A stretch of DNA of 64,000 nucleotides from assembly GCF_000142905.1 (NCBI RefSeq), contig NW_013657617.1:113211-177210 (forward strand), given 5' to 3'. Origin of the DNA: Thecamonas trahens ATCC 50062. Its lineage: Eukaryota > Protista > Apusomonadida. Below, piece after piece: positions 42,201-52,390 of this stretch (positions are counted from its first letter, which is position 1; the number at the start of each line of letters is the position of its first letter). The notes beneath the pieces were generated by a model. That model saw only the letters and a program-made list of their open reading frames with translations. It was not told the origin of the DNA and ran no database searches. The translations under genes and the position numbers were made by a program.

Positions 42201-43190
42201 AGCGTCGCGAAGAAGAAGCGAGACAAAGAGCAGGCCGGTGACATCGTGGAAAAAGTCCTCCATCCGCGCCTCGATGTGAACCTCGCCCGAGTAGAGCATA
42301 CCTGCGACGGTGGCGAGCTCACCCTGCTCGAGAGCAGTGAACCAGAGCGAGCTGGGCGTGGCGTAGCCGCGCTCCATCCGCCACACCCGCTCGACGTCGA
42401 GGACCGATTGGCCCGAGCCGTTGGTGAGCGTGACGTCGGCAAACGAGGCACGCAGCAGGTCGAGGACCGGGCTGTTGCCGACCTTGGCGGCGATGTGTGC
42501 GGCGGTCTCTCCCGCGGCGTCGCCGGTCCGCTCGTCGACCACTGCGCCCGCGGCAATGAGTGCCTTGCACGCATCAACCGATCCGGCCTCGGCAGCGGCA
42601 AAGTGAAGGGCGGTCTTGCCGAGCTCGTTGACGGCATGGACATCCGCACCACGCTCGAGCAAGGCGGCAACAACAGCGCTGCGACCCTTCTGAGCAGCAA
42701 AGTGAAGCGGAAAGGATCCATACAGCCGAGGATTGGTTGCACACACATTGACCAGATCCGGCCTCGAGAGCAAGATCTTCTTGACAGCCAGCTCATCGCC
42801 CTCGATACACTTTGCAATGAGCGCAGCCGCAGTCGCCACCGTCTCGACCGTCTTGCCGCTCATCCTGGACACAATGTTGTTGCCTTGGCCGGCAGCCGAG
42901 GGCGATGGATCTGACGCCAGGTATAAGTCCCGTGACTTTGGCTCATGATCACCATTACCATCATCATCACCAGCATCATCAGCTTGCTGCCGAGTATGGC
43001 TTGATTCTCTATGAGATGGTGACGACGATGTCGATGCAGGAGATGACCTTGTCCGAGCGGCTGCCGACCTACGTCTTGGCGGCGGAGACGACGACGGCAG
43101 AGGAGGTCCTGACAACGGAACAGGCGGTGGTCGACCATGTGATGATGATGAAGAAGATGTACTGGATGATGACGGTCGTCGCCGTGGCAT
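39252..43190 (-). CDS. Ankyrin-repeat, multi-pass TM and C-terminal coiled-coil protein
   Basis: ANK motifs FPLHFAAQKG, GKTALHFAA, GETAAHIAA, GRTPIMYA, GATALHL. About 10 hydrophobic segments, then a heptad-rich E/L/R/Q C-terminus. Confidence 0.85.
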   Translation of the reverse strand: MPRRRPSSSSTSSSSSSHGRPPPVPLSGPPLPSSSPPPRRRSAAARTRSSPASTSSSPSHRESSHTRQQADDAGDDDGNGDHEPKSRDLYLASDPSPSAAGQGNNIVSRMSGKTVETVATAAALIAKCIEGDELAVKKILLSRPDLVNVCATNPRLYGSFPLHFAAQKGRSAVVAALLERGADVHAVNELGKTALHFAAAEAGSVDACKALIAAGAVVDERTGDAAGETAAHIAAKVGNSPVLDLLRASFADVTLTNGSGQSVLDVERVWRMERGYATPSSLWFTALEQGELATVAGMLYSGEVHIEARMEDFFHDVTGLLFVSLLLRDAGPEARLLIAEGANVNATDERGRTPIMYATQLGNVAVVEALLATGAVAINAQDDAGATALHLGFYYFLVPSIARALLAAGADPHIMSQGAARTTPLELAFDRAVANVGSDGSYDELWTHGVELRAAFVPYQAETPSYERALLLGSHSGDASVAAAVGARAARAAVFCITLLGMALSLPALLLGAVFSPRGLTAPLSTSLEELFLTQASQIMAPVFGLLVAGGLLYGVTVMPALAEGTSAGSALLATYLVLGLFAVLGLIFGGALCVQIARDTTLRMVERPSQSLRFNAMNVFTLSLIALQFVQLWGLTYVDGVVFPATASVESTLRSVSLGSVLVSSSSDARTAFEAAFLAAFSAILLWTLASANLALGLVADYSLHLTALFPSLGSGSVVDYYLLDVIIPLLSSGGFLPFVLALLRALKCTKVALPPAPGPFATSEHVFVLDAAPSVTCYAGDHTWYTAASLVGLLYYIPSALLLGVIFLRSYAATTDGPSSPQASGIAAFFSGGLDVKYAPVFSLIELPARALVGAVRIFYTGPPGVYLAVVGAVYAALLVATLIIKPFRDANDRDADSGPVSIRGVAARVLPASRGSLTSTSFGGMLNRALAGLYAIVLFKTAVNAWASRVSTAANPQWAPLVVEYVVLVIGVSVFVGIEVWRRVKARRTAAEAAAEAEAEAAAGTSTRATRAYIDIYGHSPIVRAGGGAETPFVRMRAPALADETDDDFAARAGGALMSSSFDEDAALTRRLELVRLPSQGGRLEDAEFMAMQQVLQEQLSVAQQERDRARAKLERARVEVARLREAAAASEATAAELTAEVALYRDDGLRKQLASTRQTLVQVGQDYEELRVELERAYAEVDTLQAQVDALSTIADLGKERGRDDGVLYHDDEVAAALEDAKMRIGALETLLEASLAERDELGRTGDELEEQLVQVKLRLAQNEFEKQGAMTEARQAKRRVRQLEARVAELEALVASGFELVIDDGSG

Positions 43191-43593
43191 GTCGTTCCCT
43201 CCCCGCTTCCCCACCTCCCCTTTGCAGCGGGGGAGAGCAGTGACCGTTGGTTACCGTCATCATGATCACGATCGTGATCGCGATCGCGATCGCGATCAAG
43301 TTGATGACTGGGGGTGGTTGCCACTGCTGCCTGGCCACCAACAGCGGCAGGGAGGGTATGACAGACTCCCATGATGGATGTGTGTATGTAGACGTGTGTG
43401 TGTGTGTGTGTATGTGTGTGTGGATCTGCTGTGATAGGCTCCGATGGCTGTATCTTGACCGATCTTTCATGGGGAGTGAAGGGACGCAGCTGGATGTGAT
43501 GTGGCGGCTCGGCAGCTGATGCTAACCAGCAAGCCGGATCCGTCGATGAGTACTGGCTTGTGTGTGTGTGTGTGTGTGTGTATGTGTGTGTGT

Positions 43594-43955
43594 GTGTGGT
43601 GGATCTACCCCCCATGATCATCCCCCTCATCAAGATGCTCACTCGGGAGAGTTCTGCCAGCAGATCAGCAGCAGCCTGTGCCGACCAGCGAGCTCGCGTA
43701 CTCCAACACGATGGCCACTGATATGCATGATGCGTGTGGTGGATCTACCCCCCATGATCATCCCCCTCATCAAGATGCTCACTCGGGAGAGTTCTGCCAG
43801 CAGATCAGCAGCAGCCTGTGCCGACCAGCGAGCTCGCGTACTCCAACACGATGGCCACTGATATGCATGATGTGTGTGGTGGATCTACCCCCCCATGATC
43901 ATCCCCCTCATCAAGATGCTCACTCAAGAGAGTTCCGCCAGCAGATCAGCAGCAG
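43594..43955. repeat. 140-bp tandem repeat, about 2.5 copies, next to a (TG)n microsatellite
   Basis: ggatctacccccc starts at 43601, 43741 and 43881. Copies 1 and 2 are near-identical; copy 3 is truncated and slightly diverged. Confidence 0.95.
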
Positions 43956-44064
43956 TCGGTGTGTCTCGCCCTTGGCTCCTCCCCCCCCCCCCCCCTTGGC
44001 TTGGCTCGGCTGCTGGCTCGCCGTCTATCCCCGTCATCGCCCACCACCGCACTCGCTGGCCACC

Positions 44065-45777
44065 ATGTCTGCGACCTTTGCAACGTCACTAGAGAAGGTC
44101 ATTGAGGGTGTAGTGTCCCAGCTGAAGCGACGGTATGTTCCATCTATATCCCACGTTTGTGGTGCTGCGCTGTTGTCTTCTGTGTCATATGTGCTTTGAG
44201 TATGGGTGGCGGGGTGGGGGGGGGGAGAGGGGAGAGGGGAGAGGGCGGAGATTAGAGTCTGCGTCGTCGAAGGCTCCGAGGGGTGTGGACTCATGGTGGG
44301 TATGGGTATGGTCATGGGTGTGGGTATGGTCATGGGTGTGGGTATGGTCATGGACGTGGATATGGGCACGGCCGTGGGTATGGGCACGGCGTGGGCGACC
44401 TGGTCGATGTGGACGGTTCTGTGCTGGACGACGACGACTTCCTTCGCGGCGGCGACTCTATCCTGGTCGACACCGTGGATGGCTCACCCCTGGACGTCAT
44501 TGTGGACGGCTCGGCTCACCCTTGGAGGACGGCTCGGCTCACCCTTGGACGTTATCGTGGATGGCTCACCTCTGGACGACATCTCGCTCCGGGACACGAT
44601 GGCACGGACAACACTCTCGCTGCTGCGGTCTGTGGTCTCGGCCGAGGGCGGGAAGCGGTCGGCGCAGGAGCTGCTTGAATGCGTGCGGTACATCGGCCAG
44701 CGGCTGGAGGAGTCACAGCCGGTCGAGATGGCGGCCGGGTGCACCGTCCGCCGAGTCATGCACATCATCCGGACAGAGTACGCCAAGGCTGTGGTTGTGC
44801 GCGACGAGGAGCTTGCACGCGAGGCCGAGGCTGCGGCGGCGCGCGCGTCGGCGGTTGCGGACCAGAGCGAGGAGGACCAGAGCGAGGGCGATGAGGACGG
44901 GAGTGACCGCGCCGACTCGGATGGCCGGCTCTCGCTGGTGACCTCGGGCCGCATGGTGGCGGCACCGGTCTCACCGCGCTCGGGCGGCGCCATGACGCCG
45001 CGGTTGGAGGCCAACGGCGGTGCACTGCATCACATGCTGGAAGGCGCCGGCGCGGCCGAGGACGCCACGCCGCGGCTTGACCGGACCGACGTCTCCATCA
45101 AGTCGGCCGTCCTCGGCATCATCACCGAGCTCATCGACGACCTCGCGAACCTGCACGACCAGATTGCCGAGTCGGCGCCCGAGTTCATCTCGTCGGGCGA
45201 GACCATCATGACGCTGGGCAACTCGCGGACAGTCCGCGAGTTCCTCATCATGGCCTCGGAGAAGCGGCAGATTGAGGTCATTGTGGCCGAGTCTGCGCCC
45301 ACACTCGCCGGCCACCAGCTTGCCGCCGAGCTCGCTGCCGCCGGCGTCTCCACCACCGTCATCACTGACTCGGCTGTCTTTGCCATGATGGCCACCGTGT
45401 CCAAGGTCATTGTGCCGGCCCACGCCGTCATGGCCAACGGCGGCATCATCGGGCTGACCGGATGCAACTCTCTCGCGCTCGCCGCCAAGCGCTACTCGGT
45501 CCCGTTTGTGGTCGTCACCGGCTTCCACAAGCTTGTCCCGCACTTTCCGCACGACGTCGACGAGCACAACATGCACCACTCGCCCGAGACCGTCCTCCAC
45601 TTTGAGGAGTCGGACATCGTCGACGCTGTCACTGTGTACAACCCGGTGTTTGATTACGTTCCGCCCGACCATGTCGACCTCTTTGTCTCCAACTTTGAGC
45701 GCGGCGTCCACAATCCGTCGTACATCTACCGCCTTCTCGCCGAGTTCTACTCGCCCGAGGACCACACCCTCCACTAA
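44065..45777 (+). CDS. EIF2B2: Translation initiation factor eIF2B beta subunit; tentative join(44065..44132,44256..45777)
   Basis: Exon 1 ..VVSQLKRR with a GTATGT donor. Downstream MARTTLSLLRSVVS, QPVEMAAGCTVRRV, IMTLGNSRTV, VIVAESAP, ITDSAVFAMM..KVI, NPVFDYVPP..LFVSN..HNPSYIYRL. Confidence 0.92.
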
Positions 45778-45784
45778 ACACGGA

Positions 45785-46996
45785 TCACGAGCCGCAGGTG
45801 TAGAAAAAGTGCGTCTGCGGCAGCGCAAGCAGGTCGTCGACCGGCCCAGCCCCGAGCTTGCGCAGCACCCACACCAGCGGCGCAAATGCTCTGCTTGTCA
45901 CGCTGTTGAAGAATGGCGTCTTGACCGCATACAGCTTCAGCTGCGTTGCCCGCCGCCACAGCTCCGCCCGCTCACCGGCAGAGAGCTTCAGCACCGACGT
46001 CGACGAGAGCCCGATCGATGCCAGCTCGAGAACGAGCGAGAGTGTCCACGGCTTCCACGACGAGTGGCCGGCAGCGAGGATGGCTCCCACGTACGCAACA
46101 GGCGCAACGGCATGGAGGACCTCACCTGCGAGGAGGTGCGGCGTGAGCGGTGTCCGCGGCGCGGGCGCCAGCGGCGTCGGACGCGGCGACCCGCTCTCGG
46201 CGCCGCGCCGCAGCGGCGACGACGCAGACGACCACGCCTGCTTCCGCCGCTTGAGGAGCGCGGCCGGCGAAACTCGGGCCACATCGCCCACCAGCGCCGA
46301 AAACGTGGCCGGCGAGTCGGCCGACGCCGCCGGCGAGTCCTTGAACACCTGCCGGACCCGCACCCGCGCAGAGTCCGCCGCCTCGGCCTCCTCCACCTTT
46401 GCCGCCGCCGACCGCAGCGCCGGATCGCGGATGATACGCGGAATGGCGAGCGGGAGGAGCGCAGCCTGGCTCTTGATCAGAGCCCAAAACTTGAGCAGAG
46501 CCTTGGCCACCTCCACCAGCAGGACAACAAGCCACCTAGCTCTCTGACCAAACTTGCGAGTAGCCAGGACTTCGACCCAGACCTGAATCGTCCTCACCGC
46601 CGAGAGCAACAGTGCGATTGAAGGCAGCGGCAACGGCGCCGGCGCGGCCGACTTGACAAACTCGACCACCGCACCAATCATAGCCGCCGAAGATGACGAT
46701 GACGACGATGACGAAGACGACAATGACGAGAATGACGCCGTCGAGGTTGAGATGCCAGTCGGAAGAGGCAGTGTCGTGTGGGCGAGCGATGTGATGAGGG
46801 CATCGTGGAGAAGAGCCGTCACGTCGAGGACAGTCGTCAGAGATTGGAGGAGGAGCTCCGAGGAGGAGAAGCGACCGGGGAGACAGAAGACGGCAGAACG
46901 GAGGTACGACTCCAGGCCACCAAGAGTTGGTGCAAGCTCAAGCACACGTTGCGTGTAGCCGGGAAAGTACGCATCCACAGCTTCGTTCAGCGCCAT
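45785..46996 (-). CDS. PEX16: Peroxisomal membrane biogenesis protein Pex16
   Basis: LESYLRS..LPGRF.SSEL; VWVEVLATRKFGQRARWLVVLLVEVAKALLK; GEVLH; SWKPWTLSL; ERAELWRR..LY..KTPFF; C-terminal HFFYT. Confidence 0.88.
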   Translation of the reverse strand: MALNEAVDAYFPGYTQRVLELAPTLGGLESYLRSAVFCLPGRFSSSELLLQSLTTVLDVTALLHDALITSLAHTTLPLPTGISTSTASFSSLSSSSSSSSSSSAAMIGAVVEFVKSAAPAPLPLPSIALLLSAVRTIQVWVEVLATRKFGQRARWLVVLLVEVAKALLKFWALIKSQAALLPLAIPRIIRDPALRSAAAKVEEAEAADSARVRVRQVFKDSPAASADSPATFSALVGDVARVSPAALLKRRKQAWSSASSPLRRGAESGSPRPTPLAPAPRTPLTPHLLAGEVLHAVAPVAYVGAILAAGHSSWKPWTLSLVLELASIGLSSTSVLKLSAGERAELWRRATQLKLYAVKTPFFNSVTSRAFAPLVWVLRKLGAGPVDDLLALPQTHFFYTCGS

Positions 46997-47389
46997 GGTG
47001 TGCAGTGTGGGCTGGCCGCGAGAGGTGCCACTGCCGAGTGGTCCGGTCGGGTGACGTGGGCGGCTGTGGGCGCCGAGTTTGTGGGGCGAGGACGATGGGG
47101 CGGGCGATCGGATGCGGGAGTGATCAGATTCGGGGGATTGGGGTGAGGAGGACGGTGATCGGATGAGGGTTGGGGTTGGGGTTGGGGTTGGGGTTGGGGT
47201 TGGGGGTTGGGGGGTTGGGGGGTTTGGGGGGGTGGCAATGGCTACTCATCCGCAAATCAGAGGTACTGCCAGGTCAGCAGGTGCGCGCACATGGCTCATA
47301 CAAGGAATGCGCAACGTTCATTCACATTCAAAATCACTGCGACTTTGGAGCAAGCGTCCAGAGTAGTGCAGTAGAAACAGGGCAGCTCA

Positions 47390-48422
47390 CTAGGCCATGG
47401 CCACAACAATGGCGGCGATGGCGGCGAGGACGGCCGGAATCATCATCGGAACGGCGGAGGCCGAGCCAGAGACGGTTGGCGAGTTGGTCGTCACCGGCGA
47501 GTTGGAGGGCGGCGGCGGCGAGGCCGGCGGCGGCGGCGGCGGGCACGACGAGGTGGTGGTAAAGTCGACCGGGAAGCGGACAGCCTCATCGTGGCGCGAG
47601 TACTCGGAGTCGACCTCGGGTGGCGTGCCGTCGTTGACAGCAGCCACGATCGAGTTGGAGCCGGCAATCCAGACGTTGTCCTTGACCTGGCCGGTGTTGA
47701 GGACACGATCAAACTCGGCAGTGAGGATGCCGTTCTCATACTTGACCGCAACGTTGGTGTTGTCGTTGTTGGTGTCCATCGGCGGCTGGTTCGGCCCGTC
47801 CGAGTACCCGTCGACAACCACACCGCCACCGGCCATCATACCCACCTGCGTGTCGATGTCGATCATAGTCGGCTCGCCACCCACACCAAAGCCGACCCAT
47901 CCACCAACCTGCGCCTCCATGGCAATCGAAATGCTCGTGGAAGACGAGTTCAGCTGGCTATCCTCCTCGCCCGCCACGTGAATACCGCATGGTGAATGAG
48001 TGAGTCACAGTTCCGCAGAATTTCGCCGACGGCGCCCCCAAACCGCTCCCGCACCACCCTCCCACCCTCCCACCCTCCCGCCCTCCTCCACCGCGGGGAG
48101 AAGGGGCTTTGCACGTACTTCCAGTACAGCCGGTAGTTGTACGAGCTCGACAGCTGGGTCACAGCCATGCAAGAGTCATAGCTCCGTGTCGGCATCCCTG
48201 TCCCCCTCCCCACCCGAATCATCTCGCACATCGGTGAGTGTGCCCGCTGACGGCTTTCTCGGCAATAAATATTCAATGGACGGCGAAGCAGAGGGGCAAG
48301 CAGATGCATTGCCACCTGCTGTGCCCGCTCTATGTGCGCGCAATGTGTCGCGCTCACATACCCATAGCCACACCGGCGAGGAGAGCAAGTGCCACAAGTG
48401 CTGTAATGGTCACGTTCCGCAT
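47390..48422 (-). CDS. Secreted or GPI-anchored DOMON-domain protein; join(48362..48422,48119..48197,47390..47957)
   Basis: Signal peptide MRNVTITALVALALLAGVAMG and two phase-compatible GT-AG introns. DOMON motifs YRLYW..ISIAMEA..GWVGFG..M..D..G..ENG.LTAEFDRVLNTG..SRH. Pro/Ser linker and hydrophobic C-terminus. Confidence 0.8.
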
Positions 48423-48778
48423 GTTGCTGTGCGCGAGTGAAATGCCAATGGTTGCAGTAGGGGGGGAATGTGTGGCGGTGAGTGGCTTTGCAGCTGCGAA
48501 GACTGACCGCAAACGACAGCCGACCACACCCCCGGATGATCCACGTACCACACACGACATGGCTGCAAGATCGAAGCATGGCGCAGTGGCTGGAGCACGG
48601 CTGGAGTCGTCGAGCAATGGCTTCGATGACTACTGTCCCTTTCTTCTTACCTGTTCAACGTGTGGGGTCATCGTCATAGACCATGAGCCAGAAGCAGGCA
48701 ATGTCGTTTACCGCTATCAAGCCGCGCGATTGACACGCCGCCGGAAGGCGGGAAATACTGCCAACAAAAGGGGGCTGC

Positions 48779-49644
48779 TTACGCAAGGGCAAGTGCAAGG
48801 CTAATCACAGCGCCAAAGACGGCGATGGCGATCGAAGCGGTGGGGGCAGCCGCCACAGCAGCCGAAGTCGCGGTCCCGGTCGAGTTGGACGCCGGCGGCG
48901 GCGGCGGCGACGTCGGGTTGCCACCTGCCATGATGGGCGAGTACGCCATGTATGACTTGGTCGTGCCGGTCTTGGTGTGGCACCCGCCGACGATGAAGAC
49001 CTTCTCATCCGAGGCAGCCCCGGTGCAGTCGGTCGAGTCGTAGGTGTGCTCCATCACGACCGTGGCGTTGGCAAAGTACTGAACCGAGGTCGAGGCCGTC
49101 TGCTGGACACACGTGTTGTTTGCGTGGATCATGAACAGCTGGGTACCCTGCTTGTTGGCGTTGGCATCGGTGCAGTCGGTGGTGAGGTACTCGTACCTGT
49201 AGACCGTGTGCGCATCAGGCGTCGGAAGCGCCGACGGACAATCGAGTTTGTTCGAGAGGTAGCTGCCCGAGTTGTTCTCGCAGAACGTCGCGGAGCACGT
49301 CGTTGTCAAGTGCCGCACCCATGTGGTGATTTGGTTGGAGCAGCCACCTCCGATAAACTTCTCATACCGGTAAAAGTCGGCATGGACCATGACCGCAAGG
49401 GCTGCGACGACCACTCTGTGGCGCCAGCGTGGGTGAGTTGCAATTTTTCTGAATTTTGCCGCACCGGGTCGTTTCTTACCCCCTCCTCCTCGTGCACCGC
49501 TGCTAGGCCGGTGGCATGCGGTCTACGAGAGCACATGTACAGCTATGCTGTGCAACAGCAACGTGGGTCACTACAGTTGCAGCTAGGTAGTCAGGCAGCG
49601 GCAGAAGCTTACAGCGTGGCGAGGACAGACGAGATACGGGACAT
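48779..49644 (-). CDS. Cys-containing secreted or GPI-anchored surface protein, paralogue A; join(49613..49644,48779..49415)
   Basis: Signal peptide MSRISSVLATL|VVVAALAVMVHA via a GTAAGC..CAG intron. Paired Cys motifs, S/T/P linker and hydrophobic tail. Confidence 0.8.
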
Positions 49645-49932
49645 TGAATCCAAATATTCAAGACGTGTGTTGCGGGCAGAGCGACACAAACCCACGCAGA
49701 CGCGCCACTGACGTCGGCAAAGCCCCCTCCCCCAACACGTTCAGTTCCGCAACGCTACTGCAAGCGCCTACAGATGCACATTCATTGCGATCTTGTTCCT
49801 CAATGTGAAATGATGGTGCACATGATTTACTTGGCGCATCAGCCTCCGGCCCCACTATTGTTGCGCATCCGGAGACGTGCAGCATGGCACATGTAGCTCG
49901 CCACGGACGGAGCTCGCTACGGACGGAGCCCG

Positions 49933-50788
49933 CTACACAAGAAGAATCGCGAGTCCAAGGCTAGCAGCAAGAGTGGCAAAAGCGGTCGATGCAGCGGGGA
50001 CGGCGACCATCGCGGGCGAGGTCGAGCTGCCTGTCGTGTTCGACGGCGGTGACGGATTGTTGGCCGCCGAGAACGGCGAGTATGCCATGTACGATGTCGT
50101 GCTGCCGTCGTCAGTCACTGTCTGGCAGCCACCAACGATGAAGATTTCCTCCTTGATGGCGTTGCCGGTGCAGTTGATGGTGTTGAACGTCTGTTCCATG
50201 ACGACGGTCTCGTTGGCCGAGAATAGCACCGACTTGGTCGGCGATGTGCGCACACACGAGTTGTTCCTGTAGGTCACGTACAGCGAGATGCCGTTGGGCT
50301 CGATGTTGCCCACAGCGGTGCAGTTGTCGGTTTTGTACTCGTAGCGGTGCACGGCATGTGTCGGCGGCGTTGGCATTGCGGACGGGCAGCTCTCAATCTC
50401 TGAGACGTGGCCATTTTCGTTCTCGCACGGCGACTCGGAACACGACTTGCCGTCAACACCGCTTGTCAAACAGAGAGGAGATCCTGTCCACAGTTACTGC
50501 CAATGAACGTGGTTGTCTGGAACACAGCTGCATTCGTCATGACCGCAAGGGCGGCGACGACAGCTCTGTAACTCGCGCATCGTGTGAGTTGTAAAATATC
50601 TGTGGCATCCCCGCACCGGGGCGTGTTCCTGCTCCCAGTCGGCTGCACAGTCCTGCAGTGAACGAGAGCGGCCCAAGAACGAACTCGGTGGCTACGTTAT
50701 GCTACTGTAAGGCATGTGTTAGCCTTTGGCTGTGGGGCATGCAAACGACAGCGTACAGCGTGGCGAGGACAGTCGATGTGCTCGGCAT
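49933..50788 (-). pseudogene. Paralogue B of the surface protein, with a 1-nt frameshift near 50469 (pseudogene or sequencing error)
   Basis: Same 32-nt exon 1 (50757..50788) and intron position as paralogue A. Exon 2 reads ..FIGSNCGQDLLSV then TGA, while homology (CENENG..CPSAMPTP..YEY..C..TVVME..FIVGGC..SYMAYSP) continues in another frame. Confidence 0.7.
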
Positions 50789-51156
50789 TGAATACAATAT
50801 TCAAGTTGCGTGGTACCCGCTCGCCACCCAAACCCACGCCGAGGCGCAACTGACGTCGGCAAAGCCTTGCGGGACTTACGTCACGGCCAACACCCACCAC
50901 CCACCACGTGCCACACAACCGACACCAATCTTGCTAGTGCTCAGGACCAGTCATATGGTGTCGATGAAACCCGGCCACACCCGCGACTCTATGCATCAAG
51001 CATGTTGGTAACAGCAGCCTCGTTCATCATGCTTGCACCCTTTCCGCCCGCCGCCCGCCGCCACGACCGGCCGGTTCCTCCCCAGTTTGCGCTCGCACCA
51101 CGCCCACTGCCGCTCCTCGCCCAACGTGCAACCACCTCACGTCACGTGCCCGTCCC

Positions 51157-52383
51157 ATGCCGACGTCCCGTGGCTCGTCGCGTGCGTCGTCACGTCCAGG
51201 CACGGCACGGAGCATGTCTTCCCGTCGGTCGCCCGGAGGAGCAGCAGGCGGTGTGGGACATGGCCTCACCCTTCAACGAGCAGTCTCGTTTCCCTCGACA
51301 CCGACGCCGGCCGAAATGGCCATGATGAACCCAGCACTCAGTGGCGTGCCATCCAACGCGGTACCTCGACTTGGCTCGCTCTCTCATAATGCCCTTCGCT
51401 CGGTCATGATCGAGTCTGGCATCACTGGCGTCGAATCGACCCCGCCTGACGCGAGCCATGCTCGACGGGCTGGTCATTCGCCTGCTCGTTCTGGTCAGCA
51501 GCCGGCCGCCACTCCGCCGCTGCTCTCGAGGCAGGGATCAACTCTGGACGCACCGACTCGTGCCAACGTTCCGCCTGCCCTGCCGAGCTCTGTCACCTCG
51601 CCCATCGGTCATCATCATCCCTCGTCAGCGTTGCGCCATTGGCATCGGGAGACACCGCACTCGCCGCTCCTGGCCGCCCTCTCGCTCCCACTGCAGGCTG
51701 CCAAGCGCTTTGCACAGGTCCTCGGCGCGGTGGCGGTGGCCCATGCGCTCAAGCTTTGGCTGGTGTATCGGAGGACTGCCGCAGGCGAGCAGGGCCCAGG
51801 CGACTCTCGCGCGCCTCACTCTCTGCCCCAGCCACCGACCGTCCGCCTCACGGCTGCCACGCCTCCGATGTCCTCTGAGGACGAGGTCACAGTCGTTTCG
51901 TTCGCGCTGCCACGGCACGAGCGTGTGCCGCGCGTCCCGCTGCCGCCGTCGCTCCCGGCGCCGGCCCCGGTCACCGTCCTCGACCGCTCGGTCGATCGTG
52001 TCCGCTCGTTCTGCCTTGTGCTCGGCGCCATCGCCACCTGGCTCGCGCTGCGCACCATCCCGGTGTGGCTTCTTTTCATACTCTCGCTTGCTGGCGTCTA
52101 CTACTCGGAGGCCATTGTCCGGGCGTGCGCGCGGCTCCAGCACCCGCTTCCCGCACCAGCACCAGCTGCTGCACCCGATGCCGGCTCGGCGTCTGCAGGC
52201 CGCCGGCGCAAGATCCGCAAGGTCCGCAAGCGACGGGCGAGGCACTCGCCATCATCACACAGACATCTCAAGCCGTCGCGCCTTGCACCGCAACGACTGC
52301 CATCGCTGCCGTCGGCGTCGGCGTCGGTCTCAAGCCCCGACTCGGACTCGGGCGCGGGCTCGTTTGCCTCGTGGTCCGACTGA
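51157..52383 (+). CDS. Hypothetical low-complexity protein with 2-3 TM segments (start uncertain)
   Basis: 408-aa ORF; hydrophobic FCLVLGAIATWLAL..IPVWLLFILSLAGVYY; basic cluster RRRKIRKVRKRR. Confidence 0.55.
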   Translation: MPTSRGSSRASSRPGTARSMSSRRSPGGAAGGVGHGLTLQRAVSFPSTPTPAEMAMMNPALSGVPSNAVPRLGSLSHNALRSVMIESGITGVESTPPDASHARRAGHSPARSGQQPAATPPLLSRQGSTLDAPTRANVPPALPSSVTSPIGHHHPSSALRHWHRETPHSPLLAALSLPLQAAKRFAQVLGAVAVAHALKLWLVYRRTAAGEQGPGDSRAPHSLPQPPTVRLTAATPPMSSEDEVTVVSFALPRHERVPRVPLPPSLPAPAPVTVLDRSVDRVRSFCLVLGAIATWLALRTIPVWLLFILSLAGVYYSEAIVRACARLQHPLPAPAPAAAPDAGSASAGRRRKIRKVRKRRARHSPSSHRHLKPSRLAPQRLPSLPSASASVSSPDSDSGAGSFASWSD

Positions 52384-52390
52384 CTGCAGT

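Noticed and set aside
43594-43955. CRISPR-like array
   Set aside because: The units are contiguous 140-bp duplications without unique spacers, there are no cas genes, and the context is eukaryotic.
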